Shown here piece by piece: positions 17,768 to 29,035 of a stretch of DNA of 64,000 nt (position 1 is its first letter; the number at the start of each line of letters is the position of its first letter). A program made the translations under genes and the position numbers. The stretch spans positions 96,001 through 160,000 of the forward strand of contig JAQBYT010000003.1 in assembly GCA_027622665.1 (NCBI GenBank), written 5' to 3'. The stretch comes from Verrucomicrobiota bacterium. Its GTDB lineage: Bacteria; Verrucomicrobiota; Verrucomicrobiia; Opitutales; Seribacteraceae. Below the pieces are notes generated by a model. It saw only the letters and a program-made list of their open reading frames with translations, was not told where the DNA came from and ran no database searches.

Positions 17768-20700
17768 ATGAGAAAACTCCTAATCACCCTCGCCCTCAGC
17801 TTAACGGCAGGCTCAATCAATGCAGACGAAACCATTGTTTTCAAAAAGGGGGATCGCGTAGTCTTCGTCGGGCCCACTTTCGTGGAACGAACGGCTCGAT
17901 TCGGACATCTGGAAACCGCCCTAACTTTGGCAATGCCGGAAAAAGAGCTGATTTTTCGGAACCTCGGCTGGTCGGCAGACACGGTCAAGGGAGAATCCAG
18001 AGGTTACGAAAAGCCCCAGTCCGGCTACGCCAATCTACTTAGGAGCATTCGCGAGTCCAAGCCCACCCTGCTCTTCTTAGCTTATGGTCCGGCCGAATCG
18101 TGGGAGGTAACCCCGGAAACCTTCGCCGCCAACTACCAAAAACTGCTCAACGATCTAAAAGACCTAGGTGCTCGAAAAGTTCTCGTCTCTCCCTTTCTGC
18201 AGGAGAACTGGGGGCCACCTATGCCCAATCCCACCGCACACAATGAAGACCTACGCAAACATACGGAAATCATTGCAAAACTAGCGGCAAAAAACGCATT
18301 GGCTCACATCTCGCTCATCGACCTGATAAAGCCCGAAGTCGAGAAAGGGAAGCGCCTCACGATGAACTCCCTTCACCTTGACGACACCGGTTATCGGGCA
18401 CTCGCCAAGACGTTTCTCGCCAAGCTTGGACTCGTCACCCCTGACCTAAATACCGCCAAGGCCATTCGTCTTCGAGATTTAATCCGTGAAAAGAATGCCC
18501 TTCACTTTCACAGTTGGCGTCCACAAAACCAGACCTACATTCTCAGCTTTCGCAAGCACGAACAAGGTCGTCACGCCAAGGACCTTCCAAAGTTCGCTCC
18601 TCACATTGCCGAGAAAGAGCAAGTAATTCGCAAACTGCTTCTGACTCCGGAAGAACAAGTCAATCTTCCGGCCAAGCCAAAACCTCCCTCATGGGAGTCG
18701 ATAAAACCTTCAAAGGAAGCCCAGTTGGATATGCAGACACTACAAGTGCCCGACGACCTAGAACTGAATGTATTCGCCTCCGAACCCGCCATAAAAAACC
18801 CAGTTCAATCCGCATGGGATGAACGGGGTCGCCTATGGGTCGCCACCGCCGAAAGCTATCCGCACATCGCACCCGGCTTCGTAATCAATGACAAGATCAT
18901 CATCCTCGAAGACGTGGATCGCGATGGCGTGGCAGACCGCCGACAGGTCTTCGCCGACGGTCTCCTCATGCCCACCGCCATACTGCCGGGCCACGGCGGA
19001 GTCTACGTAGGAACCTCCACCGAAATCCTGCACCTACGTGATACCGATGGAGATGGGCGAGCAGATGAAAAGACCATCCTCATCTCAGGACTGGGTACCG
19101 AAGACACCCACCACGTTGTTCACAGTCTCCGTCACACCGAGGACGGGAAGGTGGGTTTCAATCAATCCATCTACATCAACACTCATATTGAAACTCCATG
19201 GGGGGTTCGTCGCCTACTGAAAAGCGGGGTTTGGGCTTTCGACCCCAATACGCACGACATGGAGGTTTTCGCCTATGGCCTCGTAAATCCATGGGGACAT
19301 GAAACGGACGAATTCGGCCAATCGTTCCTTACGGATGGGGCCGGCGGGGCGGGCATCCACTACGCCTTCCCGGGCGCAGCCTACGTCACCTCCGCATATC
19401 ATAGTCGAGCCGAAGTTCTGCCTGGGCTCAATCCCGGCCAACCCAAGCAATGCGGTCTGACCATCATCAACTCCGGCATCTTTCCTGAAAAATACCGAGG
19501 ACTTCTCGTCACCAACGACTTTCGCGGACACCGCACCATCAGTTTTCGCCTGAGCGAAAACGGATCGGGCTTCTTTTCGACCCAAAAGGAAGACCTCATT
19601 CACGTCGCCTCAAAAGGAACTGATCGACATGGATCCGCGGGGATGTATCGCCCCATTGACATAGATGAGGGTCCCGACGGCGCGCTCTATGTCAACGACT
19701 GGAGCAACCACATAATCCAGCACGGCGAAGTGGACTTCCACGACAAACGCCGTGACCATGAACACGGCCGCATCTGGCGTCTGCTACCAAAGGACGCCTC
19801 CCGCCCACACCATGCCGACCTCCCCAAAAAGAAGCCTGCGGATTGGTTGAATGCCTTGGCCTCTCCGGAGCTCTATGTTCGGAGAGTTGCCCGCCGACTC
19901 CTCGTAGAAAAAGCAGGGCCCTCGATTCTGCCAAATTTACTCGAAAAAGCACGAGGCACCGATAAAGACGAAACACTGCTCGAATACCTTTGGACTGCCC
20001 GAAGCCTAAGGGCCAAGATTCCCCACGACCTGTTCAAAAGGCTAGCCGAAAGCGAGAATTTCCGTATCCGAGCTGCAGCCATTCGTCTCGGCTACGACAA
20101 ACCCGACGCCATCGACGATCCTCATCCCCGCGTTAGACTCGAAGCCATTTGCGCACTCCGTAGCCAAGGCGACCTCAAGGCCATCGAGACTCTAATCCGA
20201 GCAACCGATCACGAAACCGATCGCAACATCGACTTCGCCCTACGGGAAGCACTTCGTCATCTCCGTCCCATCTGGGAAGGGAAGACCACTTTCGAAAACC
20301 ACCCCACCCGACTCGCCCGGGTCGTCGCTCTTACCAGAAGCCAAGCACCGCTCGACAGCCTGCTCGCCTCACTCAAAGCTATGCAGACAGGCGACTCCAA
20401 ACGCCTGTCCACCCTTCAGGCTCTCGCCACTGCAGGTCAACCCAAGCACCTCGATGCAGTGCTGAACGCCAGTCTCGAGGAGAATCTCAAAGCTACCGAT
20501 CGACTCATTCTCCTCAGAAGCCTTCTCGCGACCAAAAAAAACCGCAAGCTGATGCCCGGCAAAGACAGGGGGCGTCTGGCTAAACTTTTCGAGCACCCCG
20601 TGCTTGGTTCGGATGCTCTCAGACTCGCCGCATACTGGAACCTAGCTGGTGCCCAAGAAGTCGCGGTCAAACGCCTCGCAGGAGCTTCCGCCGAGGACCT

Positions 20701-21994
20701 CTTTGCGCTACGCCGACACACGTCCACCCTCGCAGCATTCGGGAGACCCGGCATCGAAAAATTAGTCGCCTTCGCCCAAGACACGGAAAGCACCGAAGCG
20801 GAACTCGCCGCACTCGAAGCTATCGCTCAGGTCGATGCAATCTCAGCTGCGAGGCTCGCTCCGGCTTTTCTGGCAAAAATCCCCAACGAAGTCGATGCCG
20901 CCCCTCTCTTCGCTCATCTATTACGTTCAGCTGAAGCACCTAAGATTCTTGCCTCGGGCCTAACGGGGAAAACTCTCTCGGCAAACTCCGCACTCGCAGG
21001 CATACGCGCCACCACCACCTCCGGTCGGGATCTCTCCGCCCTCGTCGCCGCAATTCGCAAAGCGGGCAACCTGAAACCCATGATCCAAAACCTTTCTGCA
21101 GCCGAAATGAAAAATCTCACCTCAGATGTGGGGAAACACGGAGATCCCGCTATCGGTGAACAAGTCTACCGCCGAAAAGCTCTCGCCTGCATGGCATGCC
21201 ACGCAATCGGCGGAGTGGGACCACAAGTCGGTCCCGACTTGGTCAGCATTGGTGCGTCCGCCCCCATCGACTACCTCGTCGACTCCCTACTCGCCCCATC
21301 GAAAAAAATCAAGGAGGGCTATCATCTCACCGTAGTTAACGCAAAAGGAGGCAAAGTCGCAGCGGGTCTGGAGCTAAGCGCAAACAAGACCAAAGTCGTA
21401 ATCCGTGACGCATCAGGAGCAATCATCGAAATCCCCTCCCAAGAGATACTATCCAAGTCGATATCTCCCACTTCACTCATGCCCGCGGGACTCACGGCAT
21501 CTCTTACCCGCGACGAGTTCCTCCACCTCACGGCGTTCCTATCCGCCCTAGGCAAGGAAGGAGCCTATCGACACCCCAAAGAAGCTTTCGTACGATCCGT
21601 GGAAGTACCCAGCGCCGAAAGCGCCCGCACCTTTAAACAGGCCAACAACTTCCTCAAAGACTCGCCTGAACGCTCGAACAAACTCCACGCTCTCGTAAAC
21701 GGCTCCATACCCTTGGCGGAAATACCTGCATCCCCGAACGGCAACCGCTATCTCCGTTTTCGGCTACAAGCCGACGACCCCGAGGAAATTCGCTTTTCGC
21801 TCGACGAAGCGAATGGTCTTCACATGCAACACGAAGGACGTCGCGTCTACTTTCAACCCCAAGCTAAAATGTTCAAGCATTCGGTAAAAAGCGGCACCCA
21901 TACCTATGTGCTCGCCATTACACCTCAATATCCCGCCGACGGCATCAAATTGAGATTCCATTCCGCATCCGCAAAAGTCCGTCTTCTCGATTGA
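17768..21994 (+). CDS. PVC-type heme-binding CxxCH protein (SGNH-like N-domain, beta-propeller dehydrogenase-like domain, HEAT repeats, cytochrome c)
   Basis: FRNLGWSADT and SLHLDDTGY (SGNH-like); FASEP..NPVQSAWDERGRLWV; CMACH..GPDL; SLMPAGL. Confidence 0.85.
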   Translation: MRKLLITLALSLTAGSINADETIVFKKGDRVVFVGPTFVERTARFGHLETALTLAMPEKELIFRNLGWSADTVKGESRGYEKPQSGYANLLRSIRESKPTLLFLAYGPAESWEVTPETFAANYQKLLNDLKDLGARKVLVSPFLQENWGPPMPNPTAHNEDLRKHTEIIAKLAAKNALAHISLIDLIKPEVEKGKRLTMNSLHLDDTGYRALAKTFLAKLGLVTPDLNTAKAIRLRDLIREKNALHFHSWRPQNQTYILSFRKHEQGRHAKDLPKFAPHIAEKEQVIRKLLLTPEEQVNLPAKPKPPSWESIKPSKEAQLDMQTLQVPDDLELNVFASEPAIKNPVQSAWDERGRLWVATAESYPHIAPGFVINDKIIILEDVDRDGVADRRQVFADGLLMPTAILPGHGGVYVGTSTEILHLRDTDGDGRADEKTILISGLGTEDTHHVVHSLRHTEDGKVGFNQSIYINTHIETPWGVRRLLKSGVWAFDPNTHDMEVFAYGLVNPWGHETDEFGQSFLTDGAGGAGIHYAFPGAAYVTSAYHSRAEVLPGLNPGQPKQCGLTIINSGIFPEKYRGLLVTNDFRGHRTISFRLSENGSGFFSTQKEDLIHVASKGTDRHGSAGMYRPIDIDEGPDGALYVNDWSNHIIQHGEVDFHDKRRDHEHGRIWRLLPKDASRPHHADLPKKKPADWLNALASPELYVRRVARRLLVEKAGPSILPNLLEKARGTDKDETLLEYLWTARSLRAKIPHDLFKRLAESENFRIRAAAIRLGYDKPDAIDDPHPRVRLEAICALRSQGDLKAIETLIRATDHETDRNIDFALREALRHLRPIWEGKTTFENHPTRLARVVALTRSQAPLDSLLASLKAMQTGDSKRLSTLQALATAGQPKHLDAVLNASLEENLKATDRLILLRSLLATKKNRKLMPGKDRGRLAKLFEHPVLGSDALRLAAYWNLAGAQEVAVKRLAGASAEDLFALRRHTSTLAAFGRPGIEKLVAFAQDTESTEAELAALEAIAQVDAISAARLAPAFLAKIPNEVDAAPLFAHLLRSAEAPKILASGLTGKTLSANSALAGIRATTTSGRDLSALVAAIRKAGNLKPMIQNLSAAEMKNLTSDVGKHGDPAIGEQVYRRKALACMACHAIGGVGPQVGPDLVSIGASAPIDYLVDSLLAPSKKIKEGYHLTVVNAKGGKVAAGLELSANKTKVVIRDASGAIIEIPSQEILSKSISPTSLMPAGLTASLTRDEFLHLTAFLSALGKEGAYRHPKEAFVRSVEVPSAESARTFKQANNFLKDSPERSNKLHALVNGSIPLAEIPASPNGNRYLRFRLQADDPEEIRFSLDEANGLHMQHEGRRVYFQPQAKMFKHSVKSGTHTYVLAITPQYPADGIKLRFHSASAKVRLLD

Positions 21995-22137
21995 CGACCG
22001 AGGAGTCGGTAATGAATTTTCTACGCTCGTCGAGAAAACTACGTTTCCGAAAAGGCTAGTGACAAACAGCGCAAGATTTTGTAATGGATGAAAACTCTGC
22101 TAATGAGCTATAATTCGGGTTATCTCATTGCTTTGAA

Positions 22138-23424
22138 ATGAATTCTTTACGCATAAGGCTACTCGCCGTCCTGGCCGGAATAGTAATTATGGGGAGCGGG
22201 TACTTCTTGATTTATGAAGAAGAAAAAACCAGCTGGATAATATCTGGAGGCGAATCCGGCGGACATTATGATGAGGCAGCTAAGGCAATTGCTGATGTTC
22301 TTCGCAATTCAAATGGGTGGAAGGTCGAAGTTTCTGGGAGTTCCGGAAGCGGGGACAACCTAACTCGCTTGGCAAAGGGAGAGGTCGACCTTTGCCTTGT
22401 GCAAAACGATTTGCCACGAGGCGAAAGCGGCAGAGCGGTAACCGCTCTTTACGAAGAGGTTCTGCATGTAATCATTAAGGATGAAAACAAGACTTTGTCG
22501 GACTTAGCAGGCGCGACAGTCTCCATCGGCCCCGAAGGAGGAGGCACGGAGACCTTGGCAATTGCCCTGTTTAAGCAATTCGGCATTTCCAATAATCTGG
22601 TCCAGTGGCGAAGGGAGAGCTTGAGGGAGGGTCTAATCAGTTTGAGGGAGGGAGAGGCGGAAGCTTTATGCGTAGTCACGGGTATCGGCAACGCTCTGGT
22701 CAGTGAGGCATTGAGAAAAGGAGATCTCAATCTCTTGCATCTAGGCAAGAAACCGGCGGCGAACTTATCTCTAGCGTACCCCTTCATTCACCATGCCGAG
22801 ATTCCCTCAGGTGCGTATCCCATTGAGGCGGGCAAAGGTTTGCCTCGTGAGAAATTGCCGACTATTGGAACAGATGTTATCCTAGCTTGTTCAAGCGATT
22901 TATCCGACTCCGCCGCATTGCAACTCACGAAAAGCCTAAACGAAGGTCGCGGGTCCCTGGCGGTCAGGCAACCATTGCTAGCTCAACTGACCTGCCCGAC
23001 CTTGCCCCACCATCAGTTCCCCCTTCATGAGGGAACTCGTCAATACTACGAAAGAGATGAGCCGACCTTTATACAAAACTGGTCTAAACCCATTGCCTTG
23101 CTCGTCTCTCTTCTAGCTGTTGCATGGGGAATCGGAGTAACCTTGCGTGAACTGTTTTTGCAACGCCGCAAGAACGGTTTGGACGTTAATTTCGAACAGG
23201 TCGACGAGATAACTTCCGAACTCGTAAAAGGCACGGAACCAGAACGCATTCAAGCTATTGCGAGCAAACTGCATGACATTCGTCGTCAAACAACTCGAAA
23301 ACTAATGGCGGAAGAACTTGCCGCCAACGAATCCTTTGTCATTTTCCAGAGACAACTCCATACTGCTCAGCAAATGGTAAACGAATTTATTAGAAATAAC
23401 GAAAACAGTTCAAACAAAGGATAA
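22138..23424 (+). CDS. TAXI-family TRAP solute-binding protein with a C-terminal TM helix and helical tail
   Basis: GGESGGHY, SSGSGDNL, LYEEVLHV, SIGPEGGGT, FPLHEGTRQYY; TM segment PIALLVSLLAVAWGIGVTL. Confidence 0.82.
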   Translation: MNSLRIRLLAVLAGIVIMGSGYFLIYEEEKTSWIISGGESGGHYDEAAKAIADVLRNSNGWKVEVSGSSGSGDNLTRLAKGEVDLCLVQNDLPRGESGRAVTALYEEVLHVIIKDENKTLSDLAGATVSIGPEGGGTETLAIALFKQFGISNNLVQWRRESLREGLISLREGEAEALCVVTGIGNALVSEALRKGDLNLLHLGKKPAANLSLAYPFIHHAEIPSGAYPIEAGKGLPREKLPTIGTDVILACSSDLSDSAALQLTKSLNEGRGSLAVRQPLLAQLTCPTLPHHQFPLHEGTRQYYERDEPTFIQNWSKPIALLVSLLAVAWGIGVTLRELFLQRRKNGLDVNFEQVDEITSELVKGTEPERIQAIASKLHDIRRQTTRKLMAEELAANESFVIFQRQLHTAQQMVNEFIRNNENSSNKG

Positions 23425-23430
23425 ATCAAA

Positions 23431-24033
23431 ATGAGTTCAACAGCCATAACCATTGCCGCAGTCGTCGGTGGCACCGTGATCCTGATCGCCGTCGTGGTAA
23501 AAATATATAACTCGCTGGTGACCTTGAAAAATCGATTCGAGAACGCCTTCTCCCAAATCGAAGTGCAACTCCAACGGCGCTATGACTTGATCCCTAATTT
23601 GGTAGAAACCGTAAAGGGGTACATGAAACATGAAAGAGAAACCCTGGAAGCCGTAATCCAAGCCCGAAATCAAGCATCGCAAAGCCTACAAGCAGCATCA
23701 GGGAATCCGGGCGATGCTACAGCCATGGCGAGTCTGGCGGGTGCGGAAGGCATGCTGGGTGGAGCATTGGGAAGACTCTTCGCACTCTCGGAAAGCTATC
23801 CTGACCTCAAAGCCAATCAAAACGTCTCGAATTTGCAGGAAGAGCTCAGCACCACGGAAAACAAAGTCTCGTTTTCGAGACAGGCTTTCAACGACGCAGT
23901 TACCAGTTACAACACTTACAAACAGACCTTCCCCCCCGTGTTTTTCGCCGGAATGTTCGGTCACGGGCAAGACGCGAGTTTATTGGAATTCGACAGCAAT
24001 GCCATAAAGGAAGCCCCGAAGGTTTCGTTCTAA
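23431..24033 (+). CDS. lemA: LemA family protein
   Basis: YNSLV...QIEVQLQRRYDLIPNLVETVKGY, YPDLKANQN, ENKVSFSRQAFND. Confidence 0.95.
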   Translation: MSSTAITIAAVVGGTVILIAVVVKIYNSLVTLKNRFENAFSQIEVQLQRRYDLIPNLVETVKGYMKHERETLEAVIQARNQASQSLQAASGNPGDATAMASLAGAEGMLGGALGRLFALSESYPDLKANQNVSNLQEELSTTENKVSFSRQAFNDAVTSYNTYKQTFPPVFFAGMFGHGQDASLLEFDSNAIKEAPKVSF

Positions 24034-24068
24034 AGTCTAATCAGCGATTGGTTTAATATTTCAGGCAG

Positions 24069-26000
24069 GTGGATTTTTTCGAACACCAAGACAAAGCCCG
24101 TCGCAACACCGGACTACTAATCCTCTATTTCGGATTGGCGGTTCTTTGCATCTTCGGCGCGCTGTTTACCTTGGCCTCCTATTTTCTATCGAGGGATCCT
24201 TATAGTGAAAAAATCCTCTGGGATATAGGTTTGGCGGTGCAGGTCGCACTGGGCACCGGCTTATTCGTGGGATTGGGTAGTCTTTATAAAATCGCCACTT
24301 TGAATGGAGGGGGCAAGGTAGTAGCAGAATCATTGGGAGGAAATCCACTCTATCCCGGCACCGATGACCCAAAGGAAAAACGCCTCTTGAACATTGTGGA
24401 GGAAATGGCCATTGCATCAGGCACTCCGGTTCCCCCGGTCTATCTCATAGAGGAAAACTCGATCAACGCGTTCGCCGCAGGTCACTCTCCCGAAAACGCC
24501 GTCATTGGGGTTACGCGAGGTTGCATTGACAAACTGAACCGGGATCAACTTCAAGGAGTCATGGCTCACGAGTTCAGCCATATATTGAATGGCGACATGA
24601 GAATGAACATTCGCCTCATCGGAGTCCTTCATGGAATTCTACTAATCGCCGGCCTTGGTTATTTCCTTATGCGCATTGCTCCCTACCTAGGTGGCGGGAG
24701 ACGAAATCGTGAAAGCGGAGGACTGGGTATCGCCCTGCTTGTGGCAGGAATAGGCATGCTGGTCATCGGTTATGTCGGGGCCTTTTTCGGTGGTCTGATT
24801 AAGGCAGCAGTCAGTCGTCAACGGGAATTTCTTGCGGATGCTTCCGCCGTACAATTCACTCGCAATCCTCAAGGTATTTCGGGCGCATTGAAGAAGATAG
24901 GAGGACTGACCGAAGGGTCGCGAATAGAAGCGCCAAAGGCGAACGAATGTAGTCACATGTTTTTCGGAGCGAGCGTTGCTAGCCTTTTCGCCACCCACCC
25001 GCAACTCGAGAAACGCATACGACGTATCGATCCGAACTGGAAAGGAAGTTTTCCAGATACCGACAACCTAACGGAACATCCGGACACCACCGAATTCGTC
25101 GGCGCATCCGGCTTCTTGGGTGAAATCGGAAAAGCTGCTAAGAGTAAGCCGAAAGCCGGTACCAGAACCAGAACCGCAAGACCTCGGGACGCTATTCGCT
25201 CCGCGGGCAACCCAACCCAAGCACATGTTGAACATGCCCGCAAGGTAATCACCAAGACCCCGGCAGCACTTCTAGACCAAGTCCGGGAACCCTTCGGGGC
25301 CCGCTGCGTAATCTTCGCCCTCCTGCTTGACGAAGTTGATAAACTCGTGCGCGATAAACAGATCGCCCTTTTGCTCCGTCAAACAGAACGCGGTTCGGTC
25401 GAAGAAACAGAGACGGCATCCTCCCGCCTGCCAGATCTTTCCTCCGAGCAGAAGTTCGCCCTCGTGGCAATGGCTGCTCCGGCTCTTGCCCACCTTTCTC
25501 CAGGCCAGTATGCCGCCTTCCGCAACACTGTGGAGCACTTGGTCGCCGCGGATAAAAGACTCGACCTCTTCGAGTGGAGTCTGCGTAAAGTAATCGATCA
25601 CGACCTTGGTCGCCGTTTTTCCAAAAGGCGCTCGCCGCACGGTTCGGCTTCCATCCGCCGATTGCTTCCCGACTGCCTTCTCGTCCTAGGAACATTGGCC
25701 CGCCACGGGCAGGACGGGATGGAGCCGGAACCCTCGTTCAACGCTGGAGCCTCTGCCCTCACCCGGTCGAAGACTCTCTCCCTACCTTCCGTAAAGGAAT
25801 GCGGAGTGACTCAACTGAATGAAGCCGTGACGCGCCTCGAGCGGCTCACGCCTCTGGAAAAACGTTCTCTTCTGGAAGCCTGCTCGCGAACCATCGACTT
25901 CGATGGTAAAGCCACTGAAGTGGAAGTCCAAGTTCTTCGCGGAGTGGCAGCGGGAATCTCGTGCCCATTGCCTCCGGTTACAGCAGAAATCGACTCGTAG
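24069..26000 (+). CDS. M48 (HtpX-like) zinc metalloprotease with C-terminal extension
   Basis: NAFAAG, AHEFSH zinc motif, SRQREFLAD, THPQLEKRI; typical lemA neighbour. Confidence 0.9.
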   Translation: MDFFEHQDKARRNTGLLILYFGLAVLCIFGALFTLASYFLSRDPYSEKILWDIGLAVQVALGTGLFVGLGSLYKIATLNGGGKVVAESLGGNPLYPGTDDPKEKRLLNIVEEMAIASGTPVPPVYLIEENSINAFAAGHSPENAVIGVTRGCIDKLNRDQLQGVMAHEFSHILNGDMRMNIRLIGVLHGILLIAGLGYFLMRIAPYLGGGRRNRESGGLGIALLVAGIGMLVIGYVGAFFGGLIKAAVSRQREFLADASAVQFTRNPQGISGALKKIGGLTEGSRIEAPKANECSHMFFGASVASLFATHPQLEKRIRRIDPNWKGSFPDTDNLTEHPDTTEFVGASGFLGEIGKAAKSKPKAGTRTRTARPRDAIRSAGNPTQAHVEHARKVITKTPAALLDQVREPFGARCVIFALLLDEVDKLVRDKQIALLLRQTERGSVEETETASSRLPDLSSEQKFALVAMAAPALAHLSPGQYAAFRNTVEHLVAADKRLDLFEWSLRKVIDHDLGRRFSKRRSPHGSASIRRLLPDCLLVLGTLARHGQDGMEPEPSFNAGASALTRSKTLSLPSVKECGVTQLNEAVTRLERLTPLEKRSLLEACSRTIDFDGKATEVEVQVLRGVAAGISCPLPPVTAEIDS

Positions 26001-26038
26001 GCATCAAGACAAGGCAGGTCCTTTTACTGGGGAAACGG

Positions 26039-27310
26039 TTATTTACCGATGGTTTCGATGATCTTGACGATTGGCAGGAAAAGGGCGATCACGATAAATC
26101 CCACCACGACGGCAAGAAAGACGATCATTACCGGCTCGATCAAGGAGACCATACCAGCCACGGCGTTGTCCACGTCCTCGTCGTAGTTGTCTGCAATACG
26201 AGTGAGCATCGCGGGAAGCTCTCCCGTTTCCTCACCAATTTCAACCATGCTGGAAACCATCGTGGGAAACACGTCTTCTCTCTCCATTTGAGTGGCCATG
26301 GCTTCACCGTCCCTAACGGAATCATGTATATTGTTTATTGCCTCGGCGAAGTATGAATTGTTCAAAGTATCGCGAGTGATTTGCAAGGCTTGCAAAATGG
26401 GTACGCCGCTACTTAGCAAAGTACCGAAGGTACGAGTAATTCTCGAAATGTTCGATTTACTGATTACATCTCTAATCGCAGGCACGTGAAGGCCCAACCA
26501 GTCGAACACACGAGAACCTTTTTTTGTTTGCTTGAACATGAAAAGGCCAAACACCGTGCCTCCCATGCCGCCCAAAACGAGTATTGGATGTCCCGAAAAA
26601 AGTTCGCTGATATTAATCACGACCTGAGTAGGTCCGGGCAGAGGGGCACCTCGAAGCATTTGCTGGAAAATAGCTTCAAATTGTGGAACCACCACCATCA
26701 TCAACAAGGTGACGATGACCACCGCGACAAACATAATTACGCTTGGGTAAATCATGGCGGACTTCACTTTCTTTATGGTGCGGATGGATTTTTCCTGAAA
26801 TTGAGACAAGCGATCGAGAACGAGTTCCAAGACACCGCCGGCCTCCCCGGCCCTGACCATATTGACGTATAAGTTATCAAAAGTCTTTGGGTACGTAGCC
26901 AGCCCATCGGAAAGGTTTCCGCCGGACGACACTTTCTCGGAAATTTTCTCTAGCATTTCCTTGAACTTCGGTTTTTTCTCCTGCTGTTTGGTCATGACCT
27001 CGAGGCTTCGAAGAAGGGGTAAACCTGCCTGAACCAGAGTCGCCATTTGCCGGGTGAAAATCGAGATGTCCTCACTATTGGGACCGCCGCCTATTTCGAT
27101 ATTGAACCCCTTCTTGCCTTTCTTTTTTTTCTTGCCCGCACCTCCTCCTGCCTTGCCGGCTGATGGGGCTTCCCGTGAGGGAGAGATTTCGGAAACCATT
27201 AGCCCGCGCTGCCCCAAAAGAGCCAAGGCCTGTTCTTGGGATTCCGCCTCTACGCTACCGTTGGAAGAAGAGCCGTTTTGATCGACTGCAACATAATTAA
27301 AAACTGCCAT
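26039..27310 (-). CDS. pilC: Type IV pilus/T2SS inner-membrane platform protein (PilC/GspF)
   Basis: FTRQMATLVQAGLPL, AGEAGGVL, SAMIYP, GEETGEL, IEPVMIV. Confidence 0.92.
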   Translation of the reverse strand: MAVFNYVAVDQNGSSSNGSVEAESQEQALALLGQRGLMVSEISPSREAPSAGKAGGGAGKKKKKGKKGFNIEIGGGPNSEDISIFTRQMATLVQAGLPLLRSLEVMTKQQEKKPKFKEMLEKISEKVSSGGNLSDGLATYPKTFDNLYVNMVRAGEAGGVLELVLDRLSQFQEKSIRTIKKVKSAMIYPSVIMFVAVVIVTLLMMVVVPQFEAIFQQMLRGAPLPGPTQVVINISELFSGHPILVLGGMGGTVFGLFMFKQTKKGSRVFDWLGLHVPAIRDVISKSNISRITRTFGTLLSSGVPILQALQITRDTLNNSYFAEAINNIHDSVRDGEAMATQMEREDVFPTMVSSMVEIGEETGELPAMLTRIADNYDEDVDNAVAGMVSLIEPVMIVFLAVVVGFIVIALFLPIVKIIETIGK

Positions 27311-27331
27311 AATTCAAGATATTGGAGATTT

Positions 27332-29023
27332 CTAGGTATATTTCAAGACTTCCTCGATAGTAGTTTTACCATCAAAGATTGAGCGAAGGCCATCTTCGCG
27401 AAGAGTACGCATTCCTTGTTCAATGGCTTTTTGCCGAAGAACAAGCGTAGCTGCTCCGCCATTAATAAGTTCACGAAAGCTGTCTGTAATAGAGATCATC
27501 TCAAAGAGGCCGGAACGGCCACGGTATCCCGTCTGGTTACACTCGGGGCATCCACCACCAAAGTAAAATTTTCGATCACCGAGTTCTTGCGAATTAAGTC
27601 CGAGAGCTTCCAGAATATCGCGCTTTGGTTTGTATTCTTGTTTGCACTCCTTGCAAATTTTACGAACCAGACGCTGGCCAAGCACAAACTCGATTGAAGC
27701 AGAAAGCAGGAACGGTTCGAGTCCCATGTCGATGAGACGAGTGATGGCGCCGGGAGCATCGTTTGTGTGCAAGGTACTTAGAACCACATGCCCCGTCAGA
27801 GAGGCTTGCACGGCAATACGCGCGGTCTCAATGTCGCGAATTTCACCGACCATGATCTTATCCGGATCTTGACGAAGGAAAGCACGAAGCGCTCGGGCAA
27901 AATCTAGACCGACCTTATGATTGACCGGCACCTGCATGATCCCCTCGATCTCGTATTCCACCGGATCTTCGGCGGTCAAGATTTTGGTATCAATCACATT
28001 AATCTCACGCAAAGCACTGTATAAAGTGGTTGTCTTACCTGAACCGGTGGGACCGGTTACAATGAAAATTCCGTTGGGACGTCTGACAGCTGCTCGTATT
28101 CCTTCTTTTATGTTTTCCGGTAATCCGAGATTATCAAGATCTAGATTCACGGCCGATTGATCCAAGACACGAAGCACAACGCTTTCCCCGAACTGCGTAG
28201 GCAGGGTTGAAACTCGAAGATCTACGGGGCGACCCGCAATCGTCATTCTGATGCGACCGTCCTGAGGTACACGGTGCTCGGCAATATTCAGCTCGGAAAT
28301 GACCTTCACTCTGGAGATAACAGGAAGCGCCAAGCTTTTGGGTGGAGGCGACATCTCATAAAGTGCTCCGTCGACCCGATAACGAATACGAAACTCATTT
28401 TCAAAGGGTTCAAAGTGAATATCTGAAGCTTTAGCACGAACTGCTTGCTGAAGAACAAGATTTACGAACCGGATGACGGGAGTCTCATTAGCTGCGTCAA
28501 TGAGTTCGCTCTCCTTCGCTTCGTCCAAGTTTTCGAAACCTTCGGAACTGATATCGCCCAAAAGATCGGCGAGAGTCGACTCATCCTTACCGTAATGCTG
28601 TTCGATAAGGCGATTAACCTCCTCGGGATCACACACGATAAGACATATGTCCAAGTTAAGGGAAAAAGTAAGATCGTCGATAATGGAGGAATTAAAAGGA
28701 TCAGCGGCCAAAAGGTGTAGTCCGTCTGTAGAAAGGTACAAAGGAACTACTCCGTATTGATTGGCTACGTCGCTCTTAACTAAAGCAAGAACTTCACCCT
28801 CAATTTCATCCAATGCTCCGACCTGCACCTCGTAGCCAAGATACTCTCCGACGAGACCAAACACATCGGCCCGAGAAGCGATTCCTGCACGCACAATCTC
28901 TTCGGCATAGGATTTTTGCCCGTCTCGAACATCCTCATCGAACAATTCGTCCAATCCATGTTGCGAAACTCCTTCGACTTGCGAGAAGATTTCACGAACA
29001 ATGGAGTTATGATCGATATACAT
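27332..29023 (-). CDS. pilB: Type IV pilus/T2SS assembly ATPase (PilB/GspE)
   Basis: [34 protein letters not shown], CxxC...CxxC. Confidence 0.92.
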   Translation of the reverse strand: MYIDHNSIVREIFSQVEGVSQHGLDELFDEDVRDGQKSYAEEIVRAGIASRADVFGLVGEYLGYEVQVGALDEIEGEVLALVKSDVANQYGVVPLYLSTDGLHLLAADPFNSSIIDDLTFSLNLDICLIVCDPEEVNRLIEQHYGKDESTLADLLGDISSEGFENLDEAKESELIDAANETPVIRFVNLVLQQAVRAKASDIHFEPFENEFRIRYRVDGALYEMSPPPKSLALPVISRVKVISELNIAEHRVPQDGRIRMTIAGRPVDLRVSTLPTQFGESVVLRVLDQSAVNLDLDNLGLPENIKEGIRAAVRRPNGIFIVTGPTGSGKTTTLYSALREINVIDTKILTAEDPVEYEIEGIMQVPVNHKVGLDFARALRAFLRQDPDKIMVGEIRDIETARIAVQASLTGHVVLSTLHTNDAPGAITRLIDMGLEPFLLSASIEFVLGQRLVRKICKECKQEYKPKRDILEALGLNSQELGDRKFYFGGGCPECNQTGYRGRSGLFEMISITDSFRELINGGAATLVLRQKAIEQGMRTLREDGLRSIFDGKTTIEEVLKYT

Positions 29024-29035
29024 CGTGGTTTGCTC

